Assembly: GCA_951406725.2 (NCBI GenBank)
Contig: OX597816.1
Coordinates: 64,480,001 to 64,544,000, forward strand
DNA from: Octopus vulgaris
Taxonomy: Eukaryota
Direction: 5' to 3'
DNA: 64,000 bases
A program made the position numbers and the translations under genes. A model generated the notes under the pieces. It searched no databases, was not told the origin of the DNA, and saw only the letters and a list, made by a program, of their open reading frames with translations. Of the stretch, positions 37,850 to 51,239 are shown piece by piece (position 1 is the stretch's first letter; every line of letters starts with the position of its first letter).

Positions 37850-38585
37850 ATGACCCAAAGGAGTTTATCTTTGTCTCGTGAAAAAAGAATTTTATTCCAA
37901 AACTCCTTCCCCTTACTCGCATAGGTTTCGGGAATGAAATATGATTTGATTTATGCTTCGTAGTGAGTAGAGGCTTCATACGAGGAATGCATCCATGAAA
38001 GCCACACTGGTTCAAACTTTGGTGAACTGCACTCTTTCCACTAAACAGCTGACACTTTTTTAGCCAAAGATGAAGAGGTACGACGCCTGCCGTCCATCAT
38101 GCAACGTTGAATGTAGCGAATATCACGCGCCCTTAAAACAGAAGGACCACCCGGACGATGTTTATTACTTGGCCATCCACTAGCTTTGTAGTTCTGAATT
38201 CCATTGGCAACTGTGTTTATGCTAATATGTATTCGTTTGCTAATTAACTTGTATCATAAATCATTCTTCTGCAAATTAAAAATAATTTTCTTCAAATCTT
38301 CAGACAATTGCTTTCCCTTTGGGGGAATTTTAATCACAATCTTCTGATTTACACCACGGTGCACAAATCAGAATACCTGCGGATGCAATAACAATGACCG
38401 GTGCAAAAGTGTCAGGGGAAATAATCTATTAGAATTGAAATTATCAGTAATATCTGCATTTAGCAAAACGAAAGTGGATAAAATATTGAAAATAGCAAAT
38501 TTCCTTTAGGGTGTACATATTTTTGTAACGTTTGAAAATGAATATTTCGTTCACATGTTTGAAAATGTTTATTTCCATAGTGTAT
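37850..38585 (-). pseudogene. Tc1-family transposase remnant (N-terminal half)
   Basis: Translates to KGKQLSEDLKKII..YKLISKRIHISINTVA..YKASG..RPGGP and [26 protein letters not shown], with stops and frameshifts. Confidence 0.8.
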
Positions 38586-38600
38586 GAACATATGTATATG

Positions 38601-38663
<63 letters not shown>

Positions 38664-39237
38664 ATACACACTCTCACACGTTTATATATTGAATAAAGCT
38701 AAAAGTACATGTCTAGCTAGATCGTGATTTGTACTAGAGAATTTAGGTCACAAAACAAAATTAAGAAATCTGAAAAAATTCCTCACCTGTTACCTATGTC
38801 AATACTAGTGTCATTTCTTATCTTCTGTTTCCATATTTTGAAATGTAACATCTAAAGAAATTTGAAGAAAAAAAATTCATGTAAAAATTTGTGCATTACG
38901 AAAAGTTCTTTGTTACTGAATTTGTTTTGTATTTATTTGTTACCATAACTGCATTTGCCAAAATGTAGCCGAGTTTATATCACGAGTAATCATTAAGGTA
39001 TCGCAGATGTTAGCCTTTATTTCAGATTTTCTTTTCTGATACTTGTGTAATAAATAAATAACAAAATATATAAATAGATAAAATAAAAATCAAAGAAAAC
39101 AGAGAGAGTATACTGGCTTCTAAATCTAAACCTACGTCCTCCGTCGTGTATTTTCCGAATGTATTCTTATATTTCATATTTTCTTCAGGGCTGTGCATTT
39201 TATATATAATTATATTCTGTACACACACACACACACA

Positions 39238-39311
<74 letters not shown>

Positions 39312-39338
39312 CACATATATAGACATACATATATATAA

Positions 39339-39372
<34 letters not shown>

Positions 39373-39428
39373 ATAAACATATATATATATATAAACATAT
39401 ATATATATATAAACATATATATACATAC

Positions 39429-39460
<32 letters not shown>

Positions 39461-40541
39461 TCATTTTCCTTTCGCAATGAAAATATGTTATACCTCATTG
39501 TTTTTGTGTGTCAAAACGAAAAATTGCAAGTTTATTTCCCCTCTATTTTTTCATGTAAAACGTATACATATATGTTTGTATGTGAGAATGGCATTTTTTT
39601 TATTTCGGTTTCGGGATATTTGTGTGCGTACGTGCTTATAGGCGTGTATGTGCATACTTTTTGTGTAGTTACATTAGTTCTATGCATAAAACACAGTTAT
39701 ACAAATTCGAAATGTATCTCATTCTTTCAAATCTATATCTACCTCTATCAAACTATCTATCTATCAATATTTCTTTCCCTTTGTCTCTCTCTCTCACTAT
39801 CTCACTCACTCTCTCTCTCTCTCTCTCTCGTTTTCTCTCACTCTTGGTGAAGAAAATATAAAGATAATTAATTTACGTAGCAATAAATGAAATCCTATAA
39901 TATAAAATACAAAACTGAATAAAATTGAGAAAAGACAGCTGGACATATGACGATTATACCAAAAAGGGGGTGGGGATTGAAGAACAGTAAAATTGAAATA
40001 GGGTTAAAAGTTCAAATAACTTCACATAATAACTTAAATTTTCGTTACACTTTCCAGCCACATTCGTTTATTGCTGAAGCCAAGCTGTACTTTTCTAGCC
40101 TTGAGCTTCCATGCATCGTATATATCAACAAAAAGCTTTTGTGTATACTTAGTATTGAATCTGGTGATTTCGTGGTGGACAGAAACCGAAAGAAGCCCAT
40201 CGTATGCATATGTGCATGTGTGGCGGGGTGTCCTCTTGAAGTACATATGCTTATTCCAGTAATCCAAATCCTATGTCGATGGTATATTTGTGTGACGCAT
40301 GCATGAAAGTTCAAAAATATTGGAAGTAATTTTTGTAATGTTTAATCACAATTACATCTGTTTCGTTTGCCAATACAAGCTACAAACTTTTACATGTAGA
40401 AGAAACACATAAAATATATCCAATAAGAAATTTTTCAGACAGTTTCTCTTTCATATACTCGTTTTCTAACTTCAACTAGCAGAATAAGGTGCATCTAATG
40501 GAGAAAACACAATGCCATAAGATGTTTCCAAACTCCTGCTT

Positions 40542-40595
<54 letters not shown>

Positions 40596-40892
40596 TAATA
40601 AATAAAATATATGCATATATACAAACATATATGTACGTACCGACATCTACATGTATATATACATGCATATATAAATATATATATACGTACAGGACACCAC
40701 AAGAAGACGTAAAAATCAACAGAAACGAAAACGGAAAAGCCATTTTGTTACAACAGAAGGACAGAGACGTGGAACAAGACGAAACGAAAACGAAAACTGG
40801 TGACTATTGTCTGAGAGCGCTTCGTGTCGGGTTCGTTTCAATTTTCGATTTTTCGAATTCTCAACTCGTTCCGTCTCTTTCCTCCTCGTTCG

Positions 40893-40948
<56 letters not shown>

Positions 40949-40949
40949 T

Positions 40950-41140
40950 ATTCTTTTATTTGTTACAGTCATATGACTGCGGCCCTGGTGGAGCACTGCT
41001 TTTTGTCGAGTAGATCGACCCCAGGACTTATTCTTTGTAAGCATAGTCCTTATTCTATCGGTTTCTTTCGCCGAACGGCTAGGCTACGGGCACGTAAACA
41101 CACCAGCATCTGTTGTCAAGCGATGCTGGCGGGACAAAAT
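40950..41140 (-). mobile_element. SINE family A, 3' half
   Basis: gatcgaccccaggacttattctttgtaagc..cacaccagcatctgttgtcaagcgatg. Confidence 0.8.
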
Positions 41141-41283
41141 CATTGATGCTTGAAGGAGAAACAAAAAAAGGGTAAATTCTTTTCAGTTCCACAGCGGACA
41201 GGTCAGTTTTAGCTTCACTACTATTATAATGTAAATCTTTTTGAACTCATAATATTCTGTACGTGTATACTGAACTTTTTAAA

Positions 41284-41640
41284 TAATTCCTTCTGGAAAT
41301 TATCTTGAGAATGTATAATATATTTGTTGTAATCTTTTGTGCCCATTATTTCAATGAGCTTGTTAAACTTTTTTATATTCTCGACATGCTCTTGTCACCA
41401 AAGAATGTATATTTATATGGATTGTAGTACTCTGTGTCAACCAATATTCTGTGCATGTTTGAATATACAGATAAAACACCAATACTAATATCAATTCCTT
41501 CTGGAAACTATCTTAAGCATGTCCTTGAGAACGATTATTTATGTAGTAATCTTTTGTGCCCAATATTTTAAGGAACTTGTCGAAATTGTTTATGTCCTTA
41601 ACATGTCCTTGTTACCAAAGACTGTATATATGTAATGTAG
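41284..41640. repeat. Diverged ~210-bp tandem duplication
   Basis: aattccttctggaaa..gtaatcttttgtgccc..ccaaaga occurs at ~41285 and ~41493. Confidence 0.65.
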
Positions 41641-42417
41641 CAATTTGTAACAACCAATAATTAACGCAACCAAACTTCTACATGTTACTTTTGACAATCT
41701 TTTTGCAAAGAGTGAAACCGGTAAAGTAAATAAACATCTTTTAAATTGCATTTTCAAACCTTCTTTCGTATATAATTCCACTCGTGCGGTACCCCACAAC
41801 TCCACTTTGTTATATATGTATATATATATATAGATATATATATGCATGCACATATTCATATATGCATGTATATATCTATGTATGTATGTTTGTATGCATA
41901 TATGATTAATTTCAATAAAAGTACATGTTACCTATGCGTACAACTAAACTCCATTTCATTTTTATTCCTCAGATCTCTTATAGAAAACGATTGATATACA
42001 ATTGAACCAGTTACATACTTATCTAGTGATTTTACTTTAATCCAATGCATAGGATGTGAGAGAGCGTCTGATAGTAATTTATAGGTACTTATCAAAAATT
42101 CAATGTCGAATACACAAACTTGCTTATCTCTGTTTACTTTTTTGCATCACAGATTAATTAAGGAGAAAAATTAAGCGCTATATATTTATTATATGCACAC
42201 ATGAACGTGTCTCTATATAATTTATTCACATAAGCACTGATTTAATTCACTTACAGTTCTATGCGTAGGTATGTGGTCTAGTGTATGTGTGTGCTCGTGT
42301 ACGTGTAGTCATACACGTACATATATTATTGACGTCATAAGAATTATACATACATATACATATATATATACACACACACTCACATATATATATATATATG
42401 TATACACACACACAAAC

Positions 42418-42489
<72 letters not shown>

Positions 42490-42514
42490 GCGTGAGTGTG
42501 TGTCCCGTGTGTCT

Positions 42515-42780
42515 AGCTGCGAGGCTTAGTAGTTAGTGTATTAGGCTCAAAATCATAAGGTCAAACGTTCGATTCCGGCTGGTGTTTGAGCAAGAGACCT
42601 TATTTCACGTTCCGCCTGTCCGATTAGCTGTCAAAAATTAGTTCAGTCTTGACACATTTGACGCATCTCACTGATTCTGCATGTTAACTGAACGCGTGTC
42701 TGTAAAGTATTCAGCCACTTGCAAGTATATTGCTCGAATCAACTGGAACATTCATCGCGGTAACCGAGAGAAGAAGCAGC
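42515..42780 (+). mobile_element. SINE, family C-related, diverged
   Basis: ggcttagtagttagtgta..gttcgattcc..gagcaagagaccttatttcacgtt. Confidence 0.55.
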
Positions 42781-42796
42781 TGGTATATTAATATAT

Positions 42797-43258
42797 GTTT
42801 CTTTATTACCCACACGGGGCTAAACATAGAGGGGACAAACAAGGACAGACAAACAGATTACGTCGATTACATCGATCCTACTGCGTAACTGGTACTTAAT
42901 TTATCGACCCCGAAAGGATAAAAGGCAAAGTCAACCTCGGCGGAATTTGAACTCAGAACGTAGCGACGGGCGAAATACCTATCTCTTCACTACCCACAAG
43001 GGGCTAAACACTGAGAGGACAAACAAGGATAGACAAACGGATTAAGTCGATTACATCGACTCCAGTGCGTAACTGATACTTAATTTATCGACCCCGAAAG
43101 GATGAAAGCCAAAGTCGACCTTGGCGGAATTTAATCGACCCCGAAAGGATGAAAGGTAAAGTCGACCGCGGAGGAATTTGATCACAGAACGTAACGGCAG
43201 ACGAAATACGGCTACGCATTTCGCCCGGCATGCTAACGTTTCTGCTAGCTCGCCGCCT
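42797..43258 (-). mobile_element. SINE family B with 3' duplication; tatattaatata on both flanks (TSD-like)
   Basis: Same dimer junction as 11058-11476. tatattaatata at 42785-42796 and 43259-43270. Confidence 0.85.
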
Positions 43259-43290
43259 TATATTAATATACCGCCTGGTATATTAATATA

Positions 43291-43468
43291 GGCATATATA
43301 TGGCTGTGTGGTCGTAAGATCGTTTCCCAATCACATGGTTCCGTGTTTGCATCCACTGCGACGTACCTGGGACATGTCTCCGCTACTATAGCTACAAGCA
43401 GAAAAAAAGCCTTGTGGAAGGACGGAAACTCCTACAAGATCATGTTTTTTACATGCGTATGTGTGTTT

Positions 43469-43510
<42 letters not shown>

Positions 43511-43690
43511 CTTTGCCCTTCACCACCGATTGACAAACGGTGTTGTCATGATTAAAAAAAAAGCGACTGATTGAATAAGTTCCAGTTTTTAATATAACTC
43601 CTTTCTTTGATTCGTTCAAACTAAAATTCATTTAGGCGGTTCACCAGCATGTCTGAATTCTCATGGCTGAAACAAATGAAAGAATAAAAT
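43291..43690 (+). mobile_element. SINE family A, diverged
   Basis: tggctgtgtggt..ccactgcg..ccagcatg..gctgaaacaaatgaaagaataaaa. Confidence 0.6.
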
Positions 43691-43714
43691 TATATATATA
43701 CATACATACATACG

Positions 43715-43762
<48 letters not shown>

Positions 43763-43771
43763 CATACGTAC

Positions 43772-43833
<62 letters not shown>

Positions 43834-44571
43834 TATATGTATATATATATATATATCGTTACCCACTACACACATTGTTTTCTCTCCTTGTTTTTTCTGT
43901 GTCCCTTTCTGTAGAAGAGCGTAGGCTCGAAACGTAAAAGACTTCTTTTATTCCTGAGCGTTATACTAATACATCTATTGGTTTTGTACACAACCTGTCT
44001 TCGTCTTTTGTTTTTTATTTCCTAAACTCTCCCTATATATACATATATCTATTCATAAAGTTGTAAACAAACCCAAACGCTGTAAATTACGGAGTAGAAC
44101 GACACGCATCGGTCCTTTTTAATGATAACTATAATTATATATTATTTAATATTATATGATGTTCCGTTTAAAGCGACTAAACCTAAACAATTGACCGAAA
44201 AAAAGATGGGCCTATCCACTGGGAACTGAACGCGACAACAATGCTCATATGGTTCCTTACGCAGCCAATTCTGCCACATAGACTACCCCTGAATTTCAGC
44301 CTTCAGGTTGTTTAGAAATTTATAAATATATATATACTAGACTAAAATTATCTATACATAAAAAAATGGCTGAAATTGATGGGTGGGATATGTGGCTGAA
44401 TTGGGTGTGTATGGTGCCGTGTAAGCATTGATGTCGTGTTCCTTTCCCAGTGATTTGGCCAACCTTTTTCAGTAAATTCTTTAGGTTTAGTCACATTAAA
44501 TGGATCACATATCATTAAATATATATAATTATAGTTATTATACATATATATATATATATATATCTGTAAAA

Positions 44572-44823
44572 TAATATGTGACAATTATTCAGTAGCCAAG
44601 ATAAAACTCTGAGTTTCGGATGTCGAGGTGGAAATCCACACCACCATCTCTTCGGTTATCTGGCCATCTTAAGAGATGATGGTGTGGATTTCCACCTCGG
44701 CATCCGAAACTCAGAGTTTTATCTTGGCTACTCAATAATTGTCACATATTAATTTACACTTAAATTCCTCTATTTACATAATATTGATGTATCTTTCTTT
44801 CTCTTGTTATCTTACCGTTTTTA

Positions 44824-44827
<4 letters not shown>
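44572..44827. mobile_element. ORF-less palindromic derivative of the 18.7-22.4 kb PLE pseudo-LTR
   Basis: 81-bp arms at 44572-44652 and 44671-44751, 18-nt spacer, tail at 44752-44827 homologous to 22344-22412, flanked by (TA)n. Confidence 0.9.
44593..44666 (-). ncRNA. Variant-core hammerhead motif (CCGAAGA), same family as 22246-22319
   Basis: tggccagataa CCGAAGA gatg..catc c GAAA ctc-a-gag TT ttatcttggcta. Outer stem I pairs better than in the large copy. Confidence 0.55.
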
Positions 44828-44873
<46 letters not shown>

Positions 44874-45876
44874 GAGAGAGAGAGAGAACAAGTAGTGAGG
44901 GATTATAAATCCGGGCAAAATACTTCATAAGCTCTCTGTTGGGACACCAGCCTAACAATATTAGTTATGTTAGTGAAGAACTCCTAGAAATATTTTGATA
45001 GGGTTCCATGTTATGGTTCATCGCAATTTTATACTATAAATCCGTGGATGGACTCCTGCTAAACAGGTTTTCACAGGGTGATATACAAGAAACAAGTTGA
45101 AAATAATGATCACCACAAATAATTCCTTTATTAGAGCAACGGATAGCATGAAATGACCATTATTTTTATCTTGTTTGTTATGTGTTTACTTTTGTGTGTG
45201 TGTGTGTGTGTATGTATTTTTGTGTGTGTGTGTTTAAAAGCATTTGTAAAAATTATTTAATGCGGTTTGTCCAAGTATAAAAAGGCTTCTCTATATTATT
45301 TTACTTCTTAAAATAAGTTGTAAATTCTTTAACTGAACACAACTAACCATTGTGGGGGGAGAAGTGTGTTGCTACTGCGTGTGAGGGCATTCGAATAACT
45401 CTCCAAACACATGTGTTTTTTGGGTAATGTATGTATGTCTGAATGTATAAAAGCTATTTATAGTAGATAATTGGGGAAACGGGCAAGCTAAATATGTATT
45501 TTGCTTGTCCTCAGTAGACTTCTTATCCGTCATTTTTCACTCCTTTTATAAATATCTTTTACTGATATTGTTGCTTCTTCGTCGTTACCCTGTATAACAC
45601 GCTCCCTTTTATTTGACCTTCTTGTCAGCATTGAATAGAAACTAGCATTTGCAGAGAATTCTTCTGTCACATTGACAAAAAAAAAAGCATAATCCTTCTT
45701 GTTTTCAGTCGAATATGTGATAAGTGTAGCCGTGTAATCAAACGTTTGCTTCACGATTGCATCTTTCAGGGTCCAGTACCATTGTGGAGCTAACTCAGCA
45801 TGTCGCTTCCTAAAGTCTTAAGTCTACCAATACTTTATGAGTGGATTTGGTAGACGGAAGCTGAAAGAATACTGTC

Positions 45877-45952
<76 letters not shown>

Positions 45953-46029
45953 ATTTCGGAATGGTCATTTTGCCAGTTTAGCCAATAAAATGTCTGTTTC
46001 AACACACGACTTCACATAAAAAATCGTGC

Positions 46030-46080
<51 letters not shown>

Positions 46081-46446
46081 CACTAATATGTTTGTAATGT
46101 GTAGCCGAAGAAACTTGACTTATTAAATTTTTCTCCGCACATATTTCAACATTGTGTACATTGACTTAAACTTTATCACTATCAAATGATATTTATCGCG
46201 TCCAACTGGGAAATTGTTTTCCTGTCAGACAAGAATGTTTAAAACTCATAATCGTAACTTTGACCAGTTTACTGATTGTGTATATAAGGAGTCTTTCCAA
46301 TCTGCTTTGACATGAAGCAGTATACACTACGTCTGTTAACCGAGTGGTGCCTAGAATTCCGAGCTATTTCTACCGTTCAAAAAGTTTCCTAGTACCGGAA
46401 GCGTTATTATAATTCTAACCAAAACGAGATCAGTCAAAACAATGTA

Positions 46447-46823
46447 ATGCTAGCGGCTTTTCCAAATTTCTACTCACTTCTCTTGATGGAGTGCGGAATG
46501 GAAGAGTTTGTGATGCAGCTCTTTTCGTCACCGCTCTGCCATCGACAAAATAGTGTAAGACTGAGTCTTTTCCACTGCTACTTCCATGAGTGTTACAGAA
46601 GACATATAGTTTCTAATCCTGCCAGTACATGAACATTGATTCCGAGTTCGGTTTGTCCAAATTGTCAAATTCGATCTTAAATATTTCCCATGCAAGCTGC
46701 AATTGCCGTGCACAATCCATTTACCCTCGCAAAACAGTAGAATTAAGGAAATCGCCGAGCGGTTTTTCTGGACGATGTAAAATTGAATTTTTTAAAATCT
46801 GGGTTACAAAATACGTTGCTTAA
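46447..46823 (+). pseudogene. CR1/Jockey-like LINE ORF2 C-terminal remnant
   Basis: SPLCHRQNSVRLSLFHCYFHEC and SIYPRKTVELRKSP (compare PLxHRRxVASLSLFYRYF and SFFPRTxxLWNSLP). Confidence 0.55.
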
Positions 46824-48060
46824 TGTTGCAGTATTTTTTCATTAAAATATTTTTATTGTTTCTTTTTTTACCATCTTCTTTTATTTCATTTCATTAGCTA
46901 ATTTATTGTCGTCTCATTTACCGTCTTTTATTAGCATCAATTCAGTTACCTGCTCTTTGCACTGCATTTCATTTTCCCCATCAATTATCATTAGGCATCT
47001 TTTATTTACTCCCTACGATTTTTTTGGCATTAGTGCCATTTCCTCTGTTCCACTAACCGTTTGCTAATGGAATTTACAAGGGATCATTCTGCGTCGAAAA
47101 ATGTATTAATAATGTAATAAAATAAATAAATAATGTAATAAATTAATTTTCAGCGGGAAGTTAGTATTCATGAAATTTTACGTCAATAGCTTGTCTTCAT
47201 TTTACATATATTACATCTACTTATAATACGTTTATTAACTGCATTGTTATATTACTCTATTAAGATTTTTTTCTTAAATTCAAAGTACGTATATTGACTC
47301 TGTGAAGTATTTTTACAAAATTGAACATTAATAATGCAAAATGCATCATAAAATTTCATAATGTGGCAAGAAAATTTAAATTTATTCTTTCTATTAATTT
47401 TACCGATTTGCAAAAGTATAAACATATGAATTTTAAACGTATCATTGATATTAACACAAAAAAGAACATGTAGAGTCGATAACTAAATCGAAACGAAAGT
47501 CGGAAAGTATCGTAATCCCCTATATGCACCCCAATTTGGGATTTATTTTTGGAGAGCAATGTTTGTACCTATTGTTGGCCAGGTTTTGTACTTTGTCACA
47601 AATGGTTTCTTTAGTTTTTAAACAATGATCTGAGAAAAAACATTAAGAGTAATTTGGATGAAGTTTCAAGTACGTTTCTGCTGCTGATGAATCTTACAAA
47701 CTTAATTCCAATAAAACTAGATTCGATAAATAAGTGCATTTTAAGTAGGGGCTAACCATAGCTAAGTTAGTGACCAATAAATGACGAGCTTCATTCATTA
47801 AAATCACGCATCATTAAGAAAGCAGAGAAGCATTTCTAAGGCAAGGACGAAGATGCTCTATACCCGCATAGCCATACAGCTAGCGAGAGAAACTGTAGTC
47901 CTATTTGTGAATGTGGTTGTAAAATTTCAATAGCATCGCGAAATCTTTGGTGATCGGATGTATAACATTAAAATTTGTTTATATTGACCATATTATTATT
48001 TATTATCTCTCTCTATCATTCAACTCTCCCCCCTCTATCTAAATATCTATCAATCTATCA

Positions 48061-48092
<32 letters not shown>

Positions 48093-49160
48093 CTATGTAT
48101 GTGTATACATAAAGAGAAAGAGACAGACATAGAGAGAGATCTATATATATATATACATAATATATATGCACAAACGTGTGTATGTATATATATGCACAAA
48201 GATGTATATATATATATATTTATATATATGCATATACACGTATATATGTATATATAGATACGTATATATATATATATGTGTGTGTGTATACATGCGTACA
48301 TAGATATGTGCATACATGTACACCTTCAAACACATACACCTGTGTGCATGCGTTTCGACTTTATTCTCGGTTAAAGTCGTAGTTTCTTATACACATCATT
48401 TCCATTTGCATTCTGTTTTCTTTTCTTTTCTTTCTTTAAAATGCTGCCCATAAATCTCTATTCAGGAATAATTCTTCTATTTCTGTAATTCTTTATTAGA
48501 AACCTGCGATTGTTGTAAATTATTGCCTTATCTTCTGGACTATATTGCATCACTATTCCAATCTGGTGCACTTACCATTGTACCTTAATCATTCTTTGCT
48601 TGCTTTTCTTCGTTGGTTTTTTTCTTTAATGGTCTTTTTTCCTCCATTTATGTCCCTGGCTTTCTTCTCTCTCCCTCTCTGACTCTCTCTCTCTTTCTGT
48701 TTTTTGGCACTTGTTACATCGCATTCTTTGTTCAGTCTCTTATTTATCGTCGCCCTTTCTCTCTTAAATTTTCTTTTCCATTTATTCTTGTTTTCATTCT
48801 CGTCGTTTTATTTTCAATCTTTTTCTATTTTGTTATTAGTATTCACTCTTTAAAGAGGTTTCAAATATATTTGAGTTACGAACTACCTTTTATTTCTCCT
48901 TCACTGCTTTTCCTGTTATAAAGAAAGTAACTTTCTAGCTTCTACAAATTTTGGACTTCATTCCATTCCAAGGAGTTTTATAGCAATGTTATAGCTTTAG
49001 TTATATATTTCCATATTAGCTTCCCATAGATTTAACTGCTACTTCGACCAATGTACCAAGTAGTATCGTTATATCATGCAACACATAGTGGTCCTTTCCA
49101 AAAGTTGGTCATTGTGATTTCTATCTATCTAGCTTGCTAGCTGTCCATACATTTATCTGT

Positions 49161-50432
49161 CAGGTCATTAAGAATGAAATGTCCGATTTTCTTATGCACC
49201 AAATTTGATAGTCGTTTAACCCTAATGTTTTATATTGACAATTCTTTGTTTTACAACACTGAAGAGTTACATCATCACTTTTCGAAATGTAATGCATGGT
49301 GACTGATTATATTGTAAGCTATCTCTTGTAAATCAAGTTTTCTGAATCTATGGATAGATCAAAATTTCGTGTTGTTTATGAATATTAGTTCCGTCGTAGA
49401 ACTAATGCATCACAGACAGCTCGAAACACCAGTTAGGTGTTTGGTAGAGATGTAGTGAATGAGAGCACTTTATGTCGATGGTTTAAGTTCCGGTTTGGTG
49501 ACTTTACTCTTGACAATCAGCCCTTAGTAGACTTGAGATTAAGGTGGATAAGGATGAGCTGGAAACTGTAGCGTAAGCGGATACACCTCAAACTACGCGT
49601 AATTTAATAGCAAGGTTTTATGTTTCGATTCCAGCTGTATTAGACCATCTGCAACAAATCGGTAACGTAAAGAAGCTGGACAAAGGAGTACCACATGAAC
49701 TGAATGAGCATTAAATGACACGTTGTCTTGAAACTTGCTGTTCTTTGCTCTCACAGTATAAAAGCGATTCATTTTTGCATCATGTGATGAAAGATGGATT
49801 CTTTTCAACATTAGCAAGCTTTCTGCACGGTAGCTGGATAGAGACAACGTGCCAAATTACAATCCAAAAAAGAATATTCACAAAACAAAAGTTAATGGTG
49901 CCTTTTTGGTGGTCTAGCGGTGGTGTCATCCACTACAGCTTCATGTGACTTGGTAAGTTAATCACAGAAGATTTATACATCAACAAATTGGATGAAATAA
50001 TGGGTGAAGTTGCAATTAAACAACCGAGATTGATCGACAGACAGGCCAATTCTCTTGCAAGAAAATGCTCGCCTACATGTTGCACAAAGAACGCTACTCA
50101 AGTTACAGGAACTGAATTTGGAAGTACTCTGTTATCCGCCATACTCACAAGATCTTGTACCAACTGAATATCACGTTTTCCAAGCATTAGACAACTTTTT
50201 GCAACGAAAAAAGAATTCAAATCTGTAGAAGTTGCAAAAACAGCCTTTCGTGATTTCATCACCTCTTGCTCTCCAGAATTCTTCGCTGCCAGCATAAAAA
50301 AGACACCGATAAAATGGTCAAACTTATGGTGATAATTTAAATGGATTCTTTGATTAACTGCATTGCTTTTTGTTGAAATAAAGTAAAATAAACTTTCAGT
50401 TCAAAATCAGACATTTCATTATTAATGGCCTA
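49161..50432 (+). mobile_element. Full-length decayed mariner element
   Basis: ~30-bp TIRs (caggtcattaagaatgaaatgtccgatttt / aaaatcagacatttcattattaatggccta). Pseudogene from ATG 49350: MDRSKFRVVYEY*FRRRTNASQTARN, KLMVPFWWSSGGVIHY, LLQENARLHVA, YPPYSQDLVPTEYHVF. Confidence 0.9.
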
Positions 50433-50604
50433 TCTATCTAGCTCTCTCTCTCTCTATCACATTATCTCTCTCATTCTCTCTCTTTCTCTCTCCCCATCTC
50501 TCTCTCTCTCTTTCTTTCTCTGTCCTGTCTCTGTCTCTCTCTCTCTCTCTCTATCTATATATATAAACATACCCGCGTATGTATGTATGTATGTATGTAT
50601 GTAT

Positions 50605-50850
50605 GTATGTATCTGTCGGGCAAATGGAAGAGAGTGTAATTCGGCAGGAGGACTTAAACAACATGCAAAGGTACATGAAGCCCAGTTACAACTACAGCTG
50701 GCTATTACCGGTAAAGATTTTAGCTGCCAATTATGTACAAGACATTGTAGATATTTAGCTGGGCTAAAAAGTCACATTCGATCGCAGTACCAGTAACAGT
50801 GAAGCTTCGTGCAATGGCCATACTCGATAACGAGGGAGCAGCCATAACGT
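50605..50850 (+). mobile_element. RTE-like LINE 3' end with two C2H2-type fingers
   Basis: CRANGRECNSAGGLKQHAKVH and FSCQLCTRHCRYLAGLKSHIRS, then a short UTR, embedded in (TATG)n. Confidence 0.6.
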
Positions 50851-51239
50851 ATGTGTGTATATATGTATGAATCTATATATGTATGTATGCATGCAATGTA
50901 AAACATATCCACAGAAAGAAATGAAAGAAAAGCTTTCTATATAGTCAACAGAGCTGAATGCTGCTGGTACTATAATCTATCAGCACAGTGAGGTTATCTT
51001 AGGTTTCGAAATCCGTAGTTGTAGATATTTATTTAATGCCTCGATCCACATATTTCTTTCCCGAGCACCAAATAACATGGCGACGTTAACTCGAGATCAC
51101 ATGACCCAAAAGGACAGAATTGATCACGCCTCTTGATTCATTATATTCAGGTTAAAATATCTTACTAAAATGTTGGTGGGTTGTAGTTGTTGTGTGATTG
51201 GAGGGTTGGTTAGTTTGTTCTGCGCTTGCTTTTATATGC

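Noticed and set aside
47680-47740. CTGATGA followed by an atct/agat stem
   Set aside because: GAAA is replaced by GATA and there is no stem I or III. The motifs near 7113, 10382, 27038 and 59679 also lack supporting structure.
50614-50796. Host C2H2 zinc-finger gene exon
   Set aside because: No TGEKP linkers or splice acceptor; a short UTR and microsatellite tail fit an RTE-like 3' end.
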